Of a DNA stretch of 64,000 bases, positions 39,980 to 48,718 are shown one piece after another. The notes beneath the pieces were generated by a model. It had not been told where the DNA came from. It made no database searches and was given only the letters and a program-made list of their open reading frames with translations. The DNA lies in contig DASQNU010000240.1 in NCBI GenBank assembly GCA_035644815.1, forward strand, positions 11,422-75,421, read 5' to 3'. The translations under genes and the position numbers were made by a program. Position 1 is the stretch's first letter, and each line of letters begins with the position of its first letter. The stretch is from Candidatus Bathyarchaeia archaeon. Lineage in GTDB: Bacteria > Bacillota > Bacilli > Brevibacillales > Brevibacillaceae.

Positions 39980-41332
39980 TCAGCTGATACTGCCCGATTT
40001 CTCATCCAGTTCAATTAGTGGCGTTTTTCTCAACCGGTAGATTCGGTAAACGAGATAAGCGATACCGATGACTGCCCAACATGCACCAAGCATAAACGAG
40101 CTCGATTCGAGGTTCAGCCATAGTATACCTACGGTAATAGCCCCCGCTAATGGGGACAAAAAGTATTTCAGAAACCCTCTTACTGTTTTGTATTGTTGTT
40201 CCCGGACCACGTAGTGCGCGATGACCGACAAGTTGACAAATGTAAACGCAATGAGCGCACCAAAGTTGAGCAAGGAGACCGCCGTCACCAGATCCAAAAA
40301 GAGGGCTGTCAAGGAAACCAGTCCAACGAAAATCACATTGTAGACAGGTGTACCTCTCTTCGGATGGACGTAACCAAACAGCCGTACTGGCAGCAATTTG
40401 TCTCTACCCATGACGTAAAGCAAGCGTGAAACACTTGCGTGGGAAGTTAATCCGGAAGCAAAATTGGCCATGAACACTGTTGCAACAAATATCGATTGAA
40501 ACAGCGTGCCCCCTACATAAAGGGCAATCTCAGAGCCAGCAGCCTCCACATCCTGAAATCTGGAGACGTCAGGGAAATAGGATTGAATGAAATAAGATAC
40601 GAAGATAAATAATCCTCCGCCAATTAACGCAACCAACAGGATTCCCCGCGGGATATTCTTTTTCGGATCTGGCGTTTCTTCGGACAGGGTCGTGACCGCA
40701 TCAAATCCAAGAAAGGAGAAGCATAATATCGTGGCCCCGGCGATCAACGTACCGAGCGCCATGTCTTCTGAAACGAAGGGCTGCGCTGAAACGATATGAG
40801 CCGTTCCTTCTCCCATCAGTAATCCTCGGACAATGAGCACAATAAAGATGGCGAGAACTAAGAACTGAAACGTGACGAGAAAGGAGTTGAAATTCGCCAT
40901 GATGTTGACGCCCCAGGCATTAATCAAGGTGGAGAGCAATACAACCCCAATAATCAGCACCCAGGAAGGAATATCTGGAAAAATGGAGGTTACGTACATA
41001 CTGATCAAGAGTGCATTTACCATCGGCATAAACAGATAGTCCAGCAATGCTGACCAGCCGACGAGAAAACCGAGATGCGGGTGGATCGTATTCTTCGCGT
41101 ACGTATAAGCAGACCCTGCAGATGGATAGACCCTCACCATATGGCCGTAACTGATCGCCGTAAAAAGCATGCCGACCAAAGCCAAAACATACGCGGTCGG
41201 TACATGCCCAGAGGTCATTTCCGATACGATGCCGAATGTGTCAAAAATAACCATCGGTGTCATGTAGCCGATTCCAATCATGACGACATGCCACAGCTTT
41301 AACGTCCGCTTTAGTTCACCTACAGTTTCCAT
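39980..41332 (-). CDS. APC family permease (PuuP/PlaP-like putrescine importer)
   Basis: GIGYMTPMVIFDTFG, PSAGSAYTY, FSFLGFDAVTTLSEET, SRLLYVMGRD. Confidence 0.85.
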   Translation of the reverse strand: METVGELKRTLKLWHVVMIGIGYMTPMVIFDTFGIVSEMTSGHVPTAYVLALVGMLFTAISYGHMVRVYPSAGSAYTYAKNTIHPHLGFLVGWSALLDYLFMPMVNALLISMYVTSIFPDIPSWVLIIGVVLLSTLINAWGVNIMANFNSFLVTFQFLVLAIFIVLIVRGLLMGEGTAHIVSAQPFVSEDMALGTLIAGATILCFSFLGFDAVTTLSEETPDPKKNIPRGILLVALIGGGLFIFVSYFIQSYFPDVSRFQDVEAAGSEIALYVGGTLFQSIFVATVFMANFASGLTSHASVSRLLYVMGRDKLLPVRLFGYVHPKRGTPVYNVIFVGLVSLTALFLDLVTAVSLLNFGALIAFTFVNLSVIAHYVVREQQYKTVRGFLKYFLSPLAGAITVGILWLNLESSSFMLGACWAVIGIAYLVYRIYRLRKTPLIELDEKSGSIS

Positions 41333-41470
41333 AAGATCCCCCTTTTCGTTACGTTTGTACCTTATACGTTACCAACGAGTAAAATTATGAATAATCAGAT
41401 AATTCCCACCCTCAGATATCTTTCTCTGTGGATCTACCCGCTTTCCTCCTTTCCTTTTGCCAATCTTCTT

Positions 41471-41487
41471 TACAAGTATTGTGCCAA
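41471..41487 (-). promoter_or_regulatory. Sigma54 -24/-12 promoter of the permease gene
   Basis: TTGGCACAATACTTGTA. Confidence 0.75.
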
Positions 41488-41573
41488 CGTTCCCATAAAC
41501 AAAAAATGAATGTTTTTCTCGCCTTTTAAAGACAAATGGTGTATCAACACGGATGTATGCTGGTTGATTAATT

Positions 41574-41609
41574 ATCTAAAAATTGAGAAATTATTCTACA
41601 AAATGAGAA
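41574..41609. promoter_or_regulatory. Candidate activator sites upstream of the permease promoter
   Basis: ATCTA-N6-GAGAA (41574-41589) and TTCTA-N6-GAGAA (41594-41609). Confidence 0.55.
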
Positions 41610-41658
41610 ATTCGCGTTTAGCTGTCTCCTGAATGTGATGCCTTCAGTTTCTTTACAC

Positions 41659-41702
41659 TTGAATCCGTTCAGTTCTATCAGTAAAATGGGAATATACGTT
41701 CG
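41659..41702 (+). promoter_or_regulatory. SigmaA promoter of xerS with an adjacent LexA-like box
   Basis: TTGAAT-17-TAAAAT (41659-41687) followed by GGAATATACGTTCG (41689-41702). Confidence 0.55.
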
Positions 41703-41728
41703 TTTCCACTTGGAATGAATATTTTATT

Positions 41729-42871
41729 TTGGGATCATTGCAGGATGGTGAGATTGCCTTGTCAGTTATAAAAAACAGAGATGCTCTACTATTACTACAA
41801 AGAACACCATTATTCCCCTGGTATGTTGAAAAATATATTGAACATAAAAAGTCCAAGAAAAGCGCCCCATCTACATTGGTGGGATATTTACGTGACTTTG
41901 CGTACTTTTTTCGTTGGATCATGACGGAAGGGTTAACGCAGGCTAAAGAAATAAAGGATATCTCTCTACAAGAGCTAAACGATTTAAAGAAGGAAACGAT
42001 TGAAAGCTATATTGTTTATTTGCAAGAATCTCACTTGGATGAGCGAACGATTTTACTTGATAAACCTACAAAAAGTGCAAAAAAAGAATACAGTGATCAT
42101 ACCATAAACAGGAAGATCTCTAGCTTGAAATCGCTATTCTACTATCTATCCGCTCTTTCAGAGGATGAAAACGGAGAATCGTATTTACATCGCAATGTCA
42201 TGGCGAAAATCGAAACGAATATAGAGACAATCACGCCGTTGGCTCGGGCGCATACGATTCGGGCGAAGATCCTGATCGATGAGCAAATCCATCGATTCGT
42301 CCAATTTGTTTATGAAGGCTATCTTGCCCATTGTGATACGAAAAAGAAACAGCAACACCATCTGCAGAACAGGGACCGGGATACAGCGATCGTAGCGCTC
42401 ATTTTGTCCGGAGGGTTCCGTGTTTCGGAAATCATTAATTTGAACCTTTCCGATATCGCGTTGGAGAAAAATCAATTGAAGATGATCCGAAAAGGCAAGA
42501 AAGAAGATGCACCATTTTTTAGTGACTGGGGCAAAGCCTACTTGATTACATACCTAGAAAACCGTCAGAAGTATAAGCCTGCCGAAGCGGATGATGCCGT
42601 TTTTCTTGCCCTCTCCCCCACAAAGCCTTATGGTCATCGCATCGAGCTTCGGACGGTGCAAAAGTTTGTGAAGAAATACGGCAAAGCATTCGGCATGCCT
42701 GACTTATCGGTCCACAAGCTTAGACATAGTTTTGCCACGCAATTTCTGCGGCTGAATCCAGATCCGCACCAACTGCAAGCACAATTGGGGCATTCCAAGA
42801 TCGATACGACGATGCAGTACGCACATGTACTGGATGACACGCTTAGTAAAGCGATTAACCGTACAACGTGA
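41729..42871 (+). CDS. xerS: Tyrosine recombinase, XerS-like (start possibly the TTG at 41759)
   Basis: Complete catalytic set: GFRVSE, RKGK, HKLRHSFAT, LGH..TMQY. Confidence 0.8.
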   Translation: MGSLQDGEIALSVIKNRDALLLLQRTPLFPWYVEKYIEHKKSKKSAPSTLVGYLRDFAYFFRWIMTEGLTQAKEIKDISLQELNDLKKETIESYIVYLQESHLDERTILLDKPTKSAKKEYSDHTINRKISSLKSLFYYLSALSEDENGESYLHRNVMAKIETNIETITPLARAHTIRAKILIDEQIHRFVQFVYEGYLAHCDTKKKQQHHLQNRDRDTAIVALILSGGFRVSEIINLNLSDIALEKNQLKMIRKGKKEDAPFFSDWGKAYLITYLENRQKYKPAEADDAVFLALSPTKPYGHRIELRTVQKFVKKYGKAFGMPDLSVHKLRHSFATQFLRLNPDPHQLQAQLGHSKIDTTMQYAHVLDDTLSKAINRTT

Positions 42872-42884
42872 CCTAAAAATTTCA

Positions 42885-42938
42885 AAAAGGAGACTCTCTT
42901 TTCCTTCGTATAGAAGTAGTGGAAGGGAGTCTCCTTTT
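42885..42938. terminator. Bidirectional terminator after xerS
   Basis: AAAAGGAGACTC/GAGTCTCCTTTT inverted repeat. Confidence 0.75.
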
Positions 42939-43102
42939 ATATCGAGTATCTATACATTGTCATGATTATCGGTTAAGTGATCGTGCCACACCAATCTTAT
43001 GTATTTTCAGTACACGACTATCAAATCCCCTCTTTTTTACTTCTATTTTCGTTTTAGAAAAAGAAAAAGACCTTAACATGGTCCTTTAACGTTGTGAATA
43101 GG

Positions 43103-43420
43103 CTATTGATGGTTATTCCCCTGTAAGGATAGCATTTGAATGATAGTTTTCATTACAGCATCTTCGTCATTAGAACGGGTAATAAAATTCGCGACATCTT
43201 TTAATTCTTGAACGGCATTTCGGACAGCAAAACTATAGGTAGCACGAGTCATAAGTTCTAAATCATTATAACCATCTCCGAATGCCATTGTTTCTTCAGG
43301 AGTAACATTCAATAATCGTTGCAAGTGTTCAACAATAGTGCCCTTATGAACATTGGCATACGCGATATCGATCCATGCGGCTTCCGAAGCAACGATATAA
43401 GCCGACTCAAAAAACGGATG
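43103..43420 (-). pseudogene. C-terminal fragment of a Cof-type HAD-IIB hydrolase
   Basis: WIDI..NVHKG..L..TMAFGDGYNDLELM..SFAVRNA..KDVANFIT.SNDEDAV; the N-terminal DxD motif is absent. Confidence 0.8.
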
Positions 43421-43516
43421 TAGTTTTCCTTTATTCCCTATTTGTGGTAAGTGATAACAAGACAATATTGTATAATATAGATTAAATTCTTAGTGGGAAG
43501 AGGGTTGAATAAATTT

Positions 43517-44746
43517 ATGCAGAAACTAGGTTTCTCAGTATCACGCCTGCACCGCTTGAGTACAGTCTTGCAAGGTTATGTCGATCGCGGTGAGATTGCA
43601 GGCGTTGTTACCCTGATACACCGGTACGGCGAAGAGGCTTACTTCGATACAATAGGCTGGCAGGACAAAGAGGCACAGACCCCCATAAAGCGGAATACTC
43701 TCTTCCGAATCATGTCAATGACAAAACCTGTAACAGCTGTTGCTGCTTTGATGCTGGTTGAAGAAGGAAAAGTTCGTCTGTTTGATCCCGTAGACACTTG
43801 GCTGCCTGAGTTATCTAACCGGATGGTACTGCGGGATCCGAACGGACCGCTCGACGAAGTCACACCCGCATCACGTTCGATTACGCTTCATGATCTGCTT
43901 ACCTCAACGCTTGGCATTGGTTGGGGGGAACATCAACTGCTGCCTGCCATTTTCAACTTGCTCCCCGCACCTCTTGCGAAAACAATGGGTGCCGATCATG
44001 CCGAACACCTCGATCCTGACGCTTGGATGAAGCGGCTGGGTGAATTACCTTTGGTATATGAACCGGGAAGCCGTTTTCTTTACCATATTGCCTACGAAAT
44101 TCTTGGCGTATTGATTGCCCGGGTTGCAGGAAAACCTTTGGGGGAATTTTTCGAAGAGCGCATCTTCCATCCTCTAGGGATGACGGACACTGGCTTTACG
44201 GTGTCGCCGGAAAAGCGAGATAGGCTGGCTGTCTCCTATGCGCCAGCACCGGATGGAAGTCTCATTGTGCTGGATCGTTCGGAGACTACCGGTTGGTCGG
44301 GAGCTCCGCTCTTCCCTTCAGGAGGAGGTGGTCTCATTTCTACCGCTGACGACTATCAGCGTTTTGGGCGAATGCTCTTGGGCAAAGGAGAACTGAATGG
44401 GGTGCGCATACTCTCCCGTAAGTCTGTGGAGGCAATGACGACGGACTTTTTAACGCCTGAACAGCATGCTCATCCTTTCTTTGATGAAACCGATTATGAT
44501 GGTTCGATGATGTGGACGAACAAAGGGTATGGTTATGGCGTGTCAGTTAGGTCACGACAAATTGGACTTGGGCCGAGCGTTGGTTCCTTCTTCTGGCCGG
44601 GTGCCCTTGGTACGACTTGGATCGCGGACCCAAAAGAGGATCTGATGGCAACTCTCATGGTTCAGCTCCGAGGCGCACAGCTTCCCCAAAATAGCAAACT
44701 CGCATATGACTTTTGGACAATGATGTATCAAGCGATAAATGAATGA
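43517..44746 (+). CDS. Serine hydrolase, beta-lactamase class C/esterase family
   Basis: SMTK (SxxK), LHDLLT, PGSRFLY, LGMTDTGF, SGGGGLIST. Confidence 0.88.
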   Translation: MQKLGFSVSRLHRLSTVLQGYVDRGEIAGVVTLIHRYGEEAYFDTIGWQDKEAQTPIKRNTLFRIMSMTKPVTAVAALMLVEEGKVRLFDPVDTWLPELSNRMVLRDPNGPLDEVTPASRSITLHDLLTSTLGIGWGEHQLLPAIFNLLPAPLAKTMGADHAEHLDPDAWMKRLGELPLVYEPGSRFLYHIAYEILGVLIARVAGKPLGEFFEERIFHPLGMTDTGFTVSPEKRDRLAVSYAPAPDGSLIVLDRSETTGWSGAPLFPSGGGGLISTADDYQRFGRMLLGKGELNGVRILSRKSVEAMTTDFLTPEQHAHPFFDETDYDGSMMWTNKGYGYGVSVRSRQIGLGPSVGSFFWPGALGTTWIADPKEDLMATLMVQLRGAQLPQNSKLAYDFWTMMYQAINE

Positions 44747-44864
44747 TATGCACAGTGGTGCGATAATGCATAGAGCAGTCCTAAGGCTTGACATTAGAAT
44801 CTTAGACTCGCCGCCGTTTTTAAGCTATGGTAGCTCGTTTAATGATGTGTGAGCCAGAATTTAG

Positions 44865-45014
44865 TCAAACCTTTTCCACACCGGGGTGGGCGGCAGCGAG
44901 CTCCACCAGCTTTGCCGCTCCCCGCCCGGACAGCACCGGCGTCCAACCTCGAATCAGCAGTTCCGCCGTCACGAACCGTGCAGCGTGCTCAAAAGTACCG
45001 AACACCGCGATAAC
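44865..45014 (-). pseudogene. GC-rich relic of a Rossmann-fold (saccharopine dehydrogenase-like) N-terminus
   Basis: VIAVFGTFEHAARFVTAELLIRGWTPVLSGRGAAKLVELAAAHPGVEKV*; in-frame stop upstream and no start codon. Confidence 0.55.
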
Positions 45015-45214
45015 CGGCTACACGCCCAATATCCATTACAGGCCATGTAAATATGATACGGAATGCCACCGTAACCGTTCCTTCCATTCATTTGATAGGC
45101 GGCCAGCTTAAAATTGGCGATCTATCAAATAAATCGAAAATAGGGTTTGGGTTAGTTATGTTACTTTTCGGGATTACACGGTTCTCAGTCCTTTCTGAAT
45201 CGTTTTCTAATTGC

Positions 45215-45853
45215 TTATATGCTTTGCTGCAACCTATTTGGCACCACTGGTTTCGTTAGCCAATGCTCATCCGTCTGAACATGATTTTTACGTACGAACT
45301 TCGCTACAGAGCTTTTGAACTCATCGTAATGAAAGGACTCCGCAACCCTAACCACGTAACCTTCTTGCTCGCCTCCAAAAACGGAATGTTGCGTATAACA
45401 GTTTTTTACCTTTTGTTCATTCCACACGCCTCTGTAAAGGACTGGGGCGACTTCTACTCCGAGTAATTTTGCCCAATCCAATGTTTCCTGCCAAGATAGA
45501 CAGTGATTTTCTTCATTCCAGATGGAGAAAATATAGAAGTAGCTAGTCAAATCCTCGTAGTAAATGGAATGCTTGGCAAACACATTTTCACCGCAAATCC
45601 TCCACCCTTCCGGAATATGAAAGGAAATCATTCCATGCAGCATTTTCACCCAATGGCGGGATTCGTGATCTTTGCTATCAAGTGACCTTGCGTGGATGGA
45701 GTCTCGATACATCGTCGTGTTTTCACCATCTAGCTTTTCTGTTACAACCACTTCGCGCCCTTCAAAATGACTGACCGATTTTAGAATTTTATCATCATCC
45801 GTTTTACTTCTCGACCATGGTAGGTGAAAAGTTCTTGGATACTTTGTCCTCAT
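45215..45853 (-). CDS. ATP-dependent RNA ligase family protein (minimal nucleotidyltransferase domain)
   Basis: KYPRT.HLPWS, motif I TEKLDGEN, ARS, ICGEN, FYIFSI, EGYVVR, KFVR. Confidence 0.88.
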   Translation of the reverse strand: MRTKYPRTFHLPWSRSKTDDDKILKSVSHFEGREVVVTEKLDGENTTMYRDSIHARSLDSKDHESRHWVKMLHGMISFHIPEGWRICGENVFAKHSIYYEDLTSYFYIFSIWNEENHCLSWQETLDWAKLLGVEVAPVLYRGVWNEQKVKNCYTQHSVFGGEQEGYVVRVAESFHYDEFKSSVAKFVRKNHVQTDEHWLTKPVVPNRLQQSI

Positions 45854-45863
45854 ACGCTTCACC

Positions 45864-46823
45864 TCATTTCGCATACGCATCTGCTTCTCTAAAGAAGTAC
45901 AGCTTCCAGAGATATTCATCTCCTAGCAAGTGATAAATGTCAGAAATATCTTGCTGTGTTCCATAGTTCATCTTCATATGCATTTGGATCAAATGAACGG
46001 CCTTGAAAATAAACTCTTCTTCAAATTGAAGTTCCTTTAAAAAATGGCAAGCAATTTGTGCAGATACGTATTCGTGTCCATAATACGAGTAATGACCTTT
46101 GGCCGGTTTGTAGGTCTTGCAAAACGGTTTCCCCGTATCATGAAAAAGGGCTACAACCTGCATTAACAACTTATCCTCTTCACTATATAACGCATTGACG
46201 TAATCGAGTACATGATAGGTATGCTTGCAAAGCGTGTGTTGATGGTGAGGATTTTCTTGATGAAAATCTACCATGTCATGAAAAAAAGAGAGTTTGCTCA
46301 AACCATGAAACAATTCTTCATAAGTGGGTTCACCTTGAAGGAGGTCGACAAATGTCTTTTTCGTAATCGCATAAGGCATTTCCTCATGAAGAATGTAAAC
46401 ATGATCGAATCCTTCGTTGAGGATTGGGAAATGAAAATTCTTTCTCATTTTCTCCAAGATGAACCCTGGTACTTTCCTCTTTCTGGATTGGTTTCTTTCC
46501 AAGCAAATGGAATAAGGCACGTTTAGATAGTAGCAATCCTTCTGCACGTTTTTAAATTTGGAGAGTACGTTCATCCGTTTCTCACGATCAAGGTTCGTGG
46601 CATCCAAGATTACATGATTTCCTTTTGCCAGCTCATTTTCGATGCTCGAATATACTTCATAAAAAACTTGAGATGTCTTCTTTTGTTTCCCTTCATCTCC
46701 AAAAAGGGTCTGTCTGATTTCGTCCGTAGAAACAATGGAAGCACGTTCTTTCTTCGCAATTTCTTTGGCCCATTTACTTTTGCCGCTTCCGGGAATTCCA
46801 GCCATCAGTATTAGTTTTTGCAT
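45864..46823 (-). CDS. Polynucleotide kinase (P-loop) fused to a C-terminal HD phosphoesterase
   Basis: GIPGSGKS, STDEIR, DATN, RNQSR lid; HHQHTL..H and LFHDTGK. Confidence 0.85.
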   Translation of the reverse strand: MQKLILMAGIPGSGKSKWAKEIAKKERASIVSTDEIRQTLFGDEGKQKKTSQVFYEVYSSIENELAKGNHVILDATNLDREKRMNVLSKFKNVQKDCYYLNVPYSICLERNQSRKRKVPGFILEKMRKNFHFPILNEGFDHVYILHEEMPYAITKKTFVDLLQGEPTYEELFHGLSKLSFFHDMVDFHQENPHHQHTLCKHTYHVLDYVNALYSEEDKLLMQVVALFHDTGKPFCKTYKPAKGHYSYYGHEYVSAQIACHFLKELQFEEEFIFKAVHLIQMHMKMNYGTQQDISDIYHLLGDEYLWKLYFFREADAYAK

Positions 46824-46884
46824 GTGTTCTCACCTCCTCACCTTGATGAAATTGTTGGGATCGTTTCATTATGTGGGTGACTCC

Positions 46885-46929
46885 TTACATAATTCCCAAT
46901 ATTATCTATGTAATCTGTATTCCTTTCAA
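46885..46929 (-). promoter_or_regulatory. SigmaA promoter of the pnk-HD/rnl pair with an overlapping palindrome
   Basis: TTGAAA-17-GATAAT (46929-46901); TTACATA-N15-TATGTAA (46885-46913). Confidence 0.6.
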
Positions 46930-46981
46930 GCCCCTTTTGACTCAACTAAGGCTTCATCATTTGCCTTTGTGAATGAACAAG

Positions 46982-47012
46982 AAAAAAGGAGCCTTATCGA
47001 ATAAGGCTCCCT
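46982..47012 (-). terminator. Terminator after the small hypothetical gene
   Basis: GGAGCCTTAT/ATAAGGCTCC stem with U run. Confidence 0.75.
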
Positions 47013-47030
47013 TGCAACCGAACACAATCA

Positions 47031-47219
47031 TCAATCTTTCCGTTTCAGATTCACAGTAAGACGATCCGAGCTATTTTCATCGTTATCAAACATGACGAAA
47101 TCATGCACCACAATGCCCTCTACCGTTTGAATCGCCTGAGACATTTTATTCGTTAATTCTTGCATATCGACCTTGTCATTTACATCTACATCTAACACTA
47201 ACACCATTTTTTTCTTCAT
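47031..47219 (-). CDS. Small hypothetical protein (62 aa)
   Basis: GGAGG RBS, MKKKMVLVLDVDVNDKVDMQELTNKMSQAIQ, own terminator. Confidence 0.6.
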   Translation of the reverse strand: MKKKMVLVLDVDVNDKVDMQELTNKMSQAIQTVEGIVVHDFVMFDNDENSSDRLTVNLKRKD

Positions 47220-47501
47220 GCCAAAAAGCCTCCAGGATTCATTAATTAGTATCGTGCTATTCATACAGTTACCTTAAATCTCATTCCTTAATGAAGTCAC
47301 CTAGCATTTTATAAAAAATTGGATTCCCTGGGAAGCAAAAATTTAGAACGAGTAACTATATTGACAATGAGACGCGTACCTATGCTTTTATTGTAAAAAA
47401 GGCTATGTTACTTTTGAATGTTGATTTTCAGTCAAAAATATACCCGTCCTGTAATGGCGGTTTATAAAGCCATCGTAACCCGTTTGTGCAATAAGAATAG
47501 C

Positions 47502-48284
47502 CTAGTTAAGACAAGTTTCTATACAATTGTTCATATATGTAACGAATGCATTCACCTCTGAATCTAGTCCTTCCCAACTTTCATTACTTTCACCTCGATA
47601 GGCTTTTTTTGCTATATCTAGTAAAGTTGCTTGCTCTTTGGGCAAAAGAGGTATAGCCCATTCTGCAGCCATATCTTTTGGAGAAATGTCACCGGTAGTT
47701 ACTGTTTGCCACATTCGAGCCAGGGTTAAGATTACATTACGCTCATCACCTTTGATACCCTCAATCAACTCTGGCAATGAATCCTTAATTGCTCTTCGAA
47801 TATCTGTCATTGGCACGGGGGCAAGTGTATTTGTAGCATCAGGACCAAATAGAGAAATACTATTCTTTCTTACTTGTGCTAAAACAATAGCCAAATCAGG
47901 ATCATAGCTTGGTTTTTGAATTTCTCCATTCTCAAACTCGTTCCTGAGCCACTCGCCATAGATAAATTCTTTTTTGGGGGGATAACGCCAGGGTACAACA
48001 TCGCTTTGGTTGATAACTGTGAGTTCAAGTGGTCTCAAAGAATTTGTATTTCCTATCTTTCCAGATATATGCATTAATTTGTTAGTTAGTTTTTTTCGAG
48101 TTACTTCAGGTAAACTTTGATTCACTAGCATTAGGACATCAACATCACTATTAATGCGTAAACCACCATTTACTGCAGAACCAAACAAATATACACCAAC
48201 TATCATGCTTCCAAACAAATCCTCTACAATTTTTAATGCTTCTATAGCTAGCTTCGGTATTTTTTCATTTCTCAAGTCACTCAT
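47502..48284 (-). CDS. ant(9): Spectinomycin adenylyltransferase ANT(9)
   Basis: GSAVNGGLRINSDVDV, RPLELT, WRYPPKKEFIYGEWLR, GDERNVILTLARMW; closely resembles Tn554 Spc by recall. Confidence 0.9.
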   Translation of the reverse strand: MSDLRNEKIPKLAIEALKIVEDLFGSMIVGVYLFGSAVNGGLRINSDVDVLMLVNQSLPEVTRKKLTNKLMHISGKIGNTNSLRPLELTVINQSDVVPWRYPPKKEFIYGEWLRNEFENGEIQKPSYDPDLAIVLAQVRKNSISLFGPDATNTLAPVPMTDIRRAIKDSLPELIEGIKGDERNVILTLARMWQTVTTGDISPKDMAAEWAIPLLPKEQATLLDIAKKAYRGESNESWEGLDSEVNAFVTYMNNCIETCLN

Positions 48285-48509
48285 AAATTCAAAACTCCTC
48301 TAGACTATGTTCAATTCGAGTACGTTATTTTGATTTTGTTAGTATTAGATGAAATGACTATTAATAGGAACATAAGACAAAGAAGGATACAAATCAACTA
48401 TTATGCCAGTTAGTTCAACAGCAAGCCTCCGTCGAGACTGGTATTCGTATCCTTCACAGAAAACAAGCATGAAGACACCAACATGTTTTTCTTATTCGAT
48501 GCCGTGTTC

Positions 48510-48629
48510 TCATATCACTCGGGTAGGGGCTACTGCACCTTTGGTTTCCGACTGCAAGAAGAGGATAAGCTGCTGCTTATCCCGATTGTCCAAACCCTTA
48601 GCAAGTTCAATCAGTTCTCTCAAATCCAA
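48510..48629 (-). pseudogene. Possible N-terminal transposase remnant
   Basis: MDLRELIELAKGLDNRDKQQLILFLQSETKGAVAPTRVI* begins about 90 bp inside the IR, then stops accumulate; family assignment is inferred from position and recall. Confidence 0.45.
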
Positions 48630-48718
48630 AGGGCTTCAACTCCAACAAATAATTACCATTATTAAAGAACCAAATGTTCGTTAATTTCAAATATCAACAT
48701 TGAAGTTTAACATAGCCT

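Larger units (their letters stand above)
47401..48717. mobile_element. IS1595-like non-autonomous cassette carrying ant(9)
   Basis: Terminal inverted repeats GGCTATGTTACTTTTGAATGTTGATTTT and GGCTATGTTAAACTTCAATGTTGATATT (23 of 28 identical), flanked by a TAAAAAA direct repeat (47394-47400, 48718-48724). Confidence 0.78.

Noticed and set aside
43517-44746. Calling the serine hydrolase a beta-lactamase resistance gene
   Set aside because: SxxK is shared by esterases and peptidases; there is no signal peptide and no class A/C/D-specific evidence.
46889-46916. Second dif-like arm (CTATGTAATCT) near the xerS region
   Set aside because: Only one arm matches; it coincides with a promoter and palindrome.
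48666-48680. LexA-like box inside the IS end (CGAAC ATTTG GTTC on the minus strand)
   Set aside because: Spacer is 5 bp rather than 4 bp; not supportable.
48403-48684. 93-aa plus-strand ORF within the ant(9) cassette as a transposase
   Set aside because: No DDE or zinc-ribbon motif; the plausible relic is on the opposite strand.
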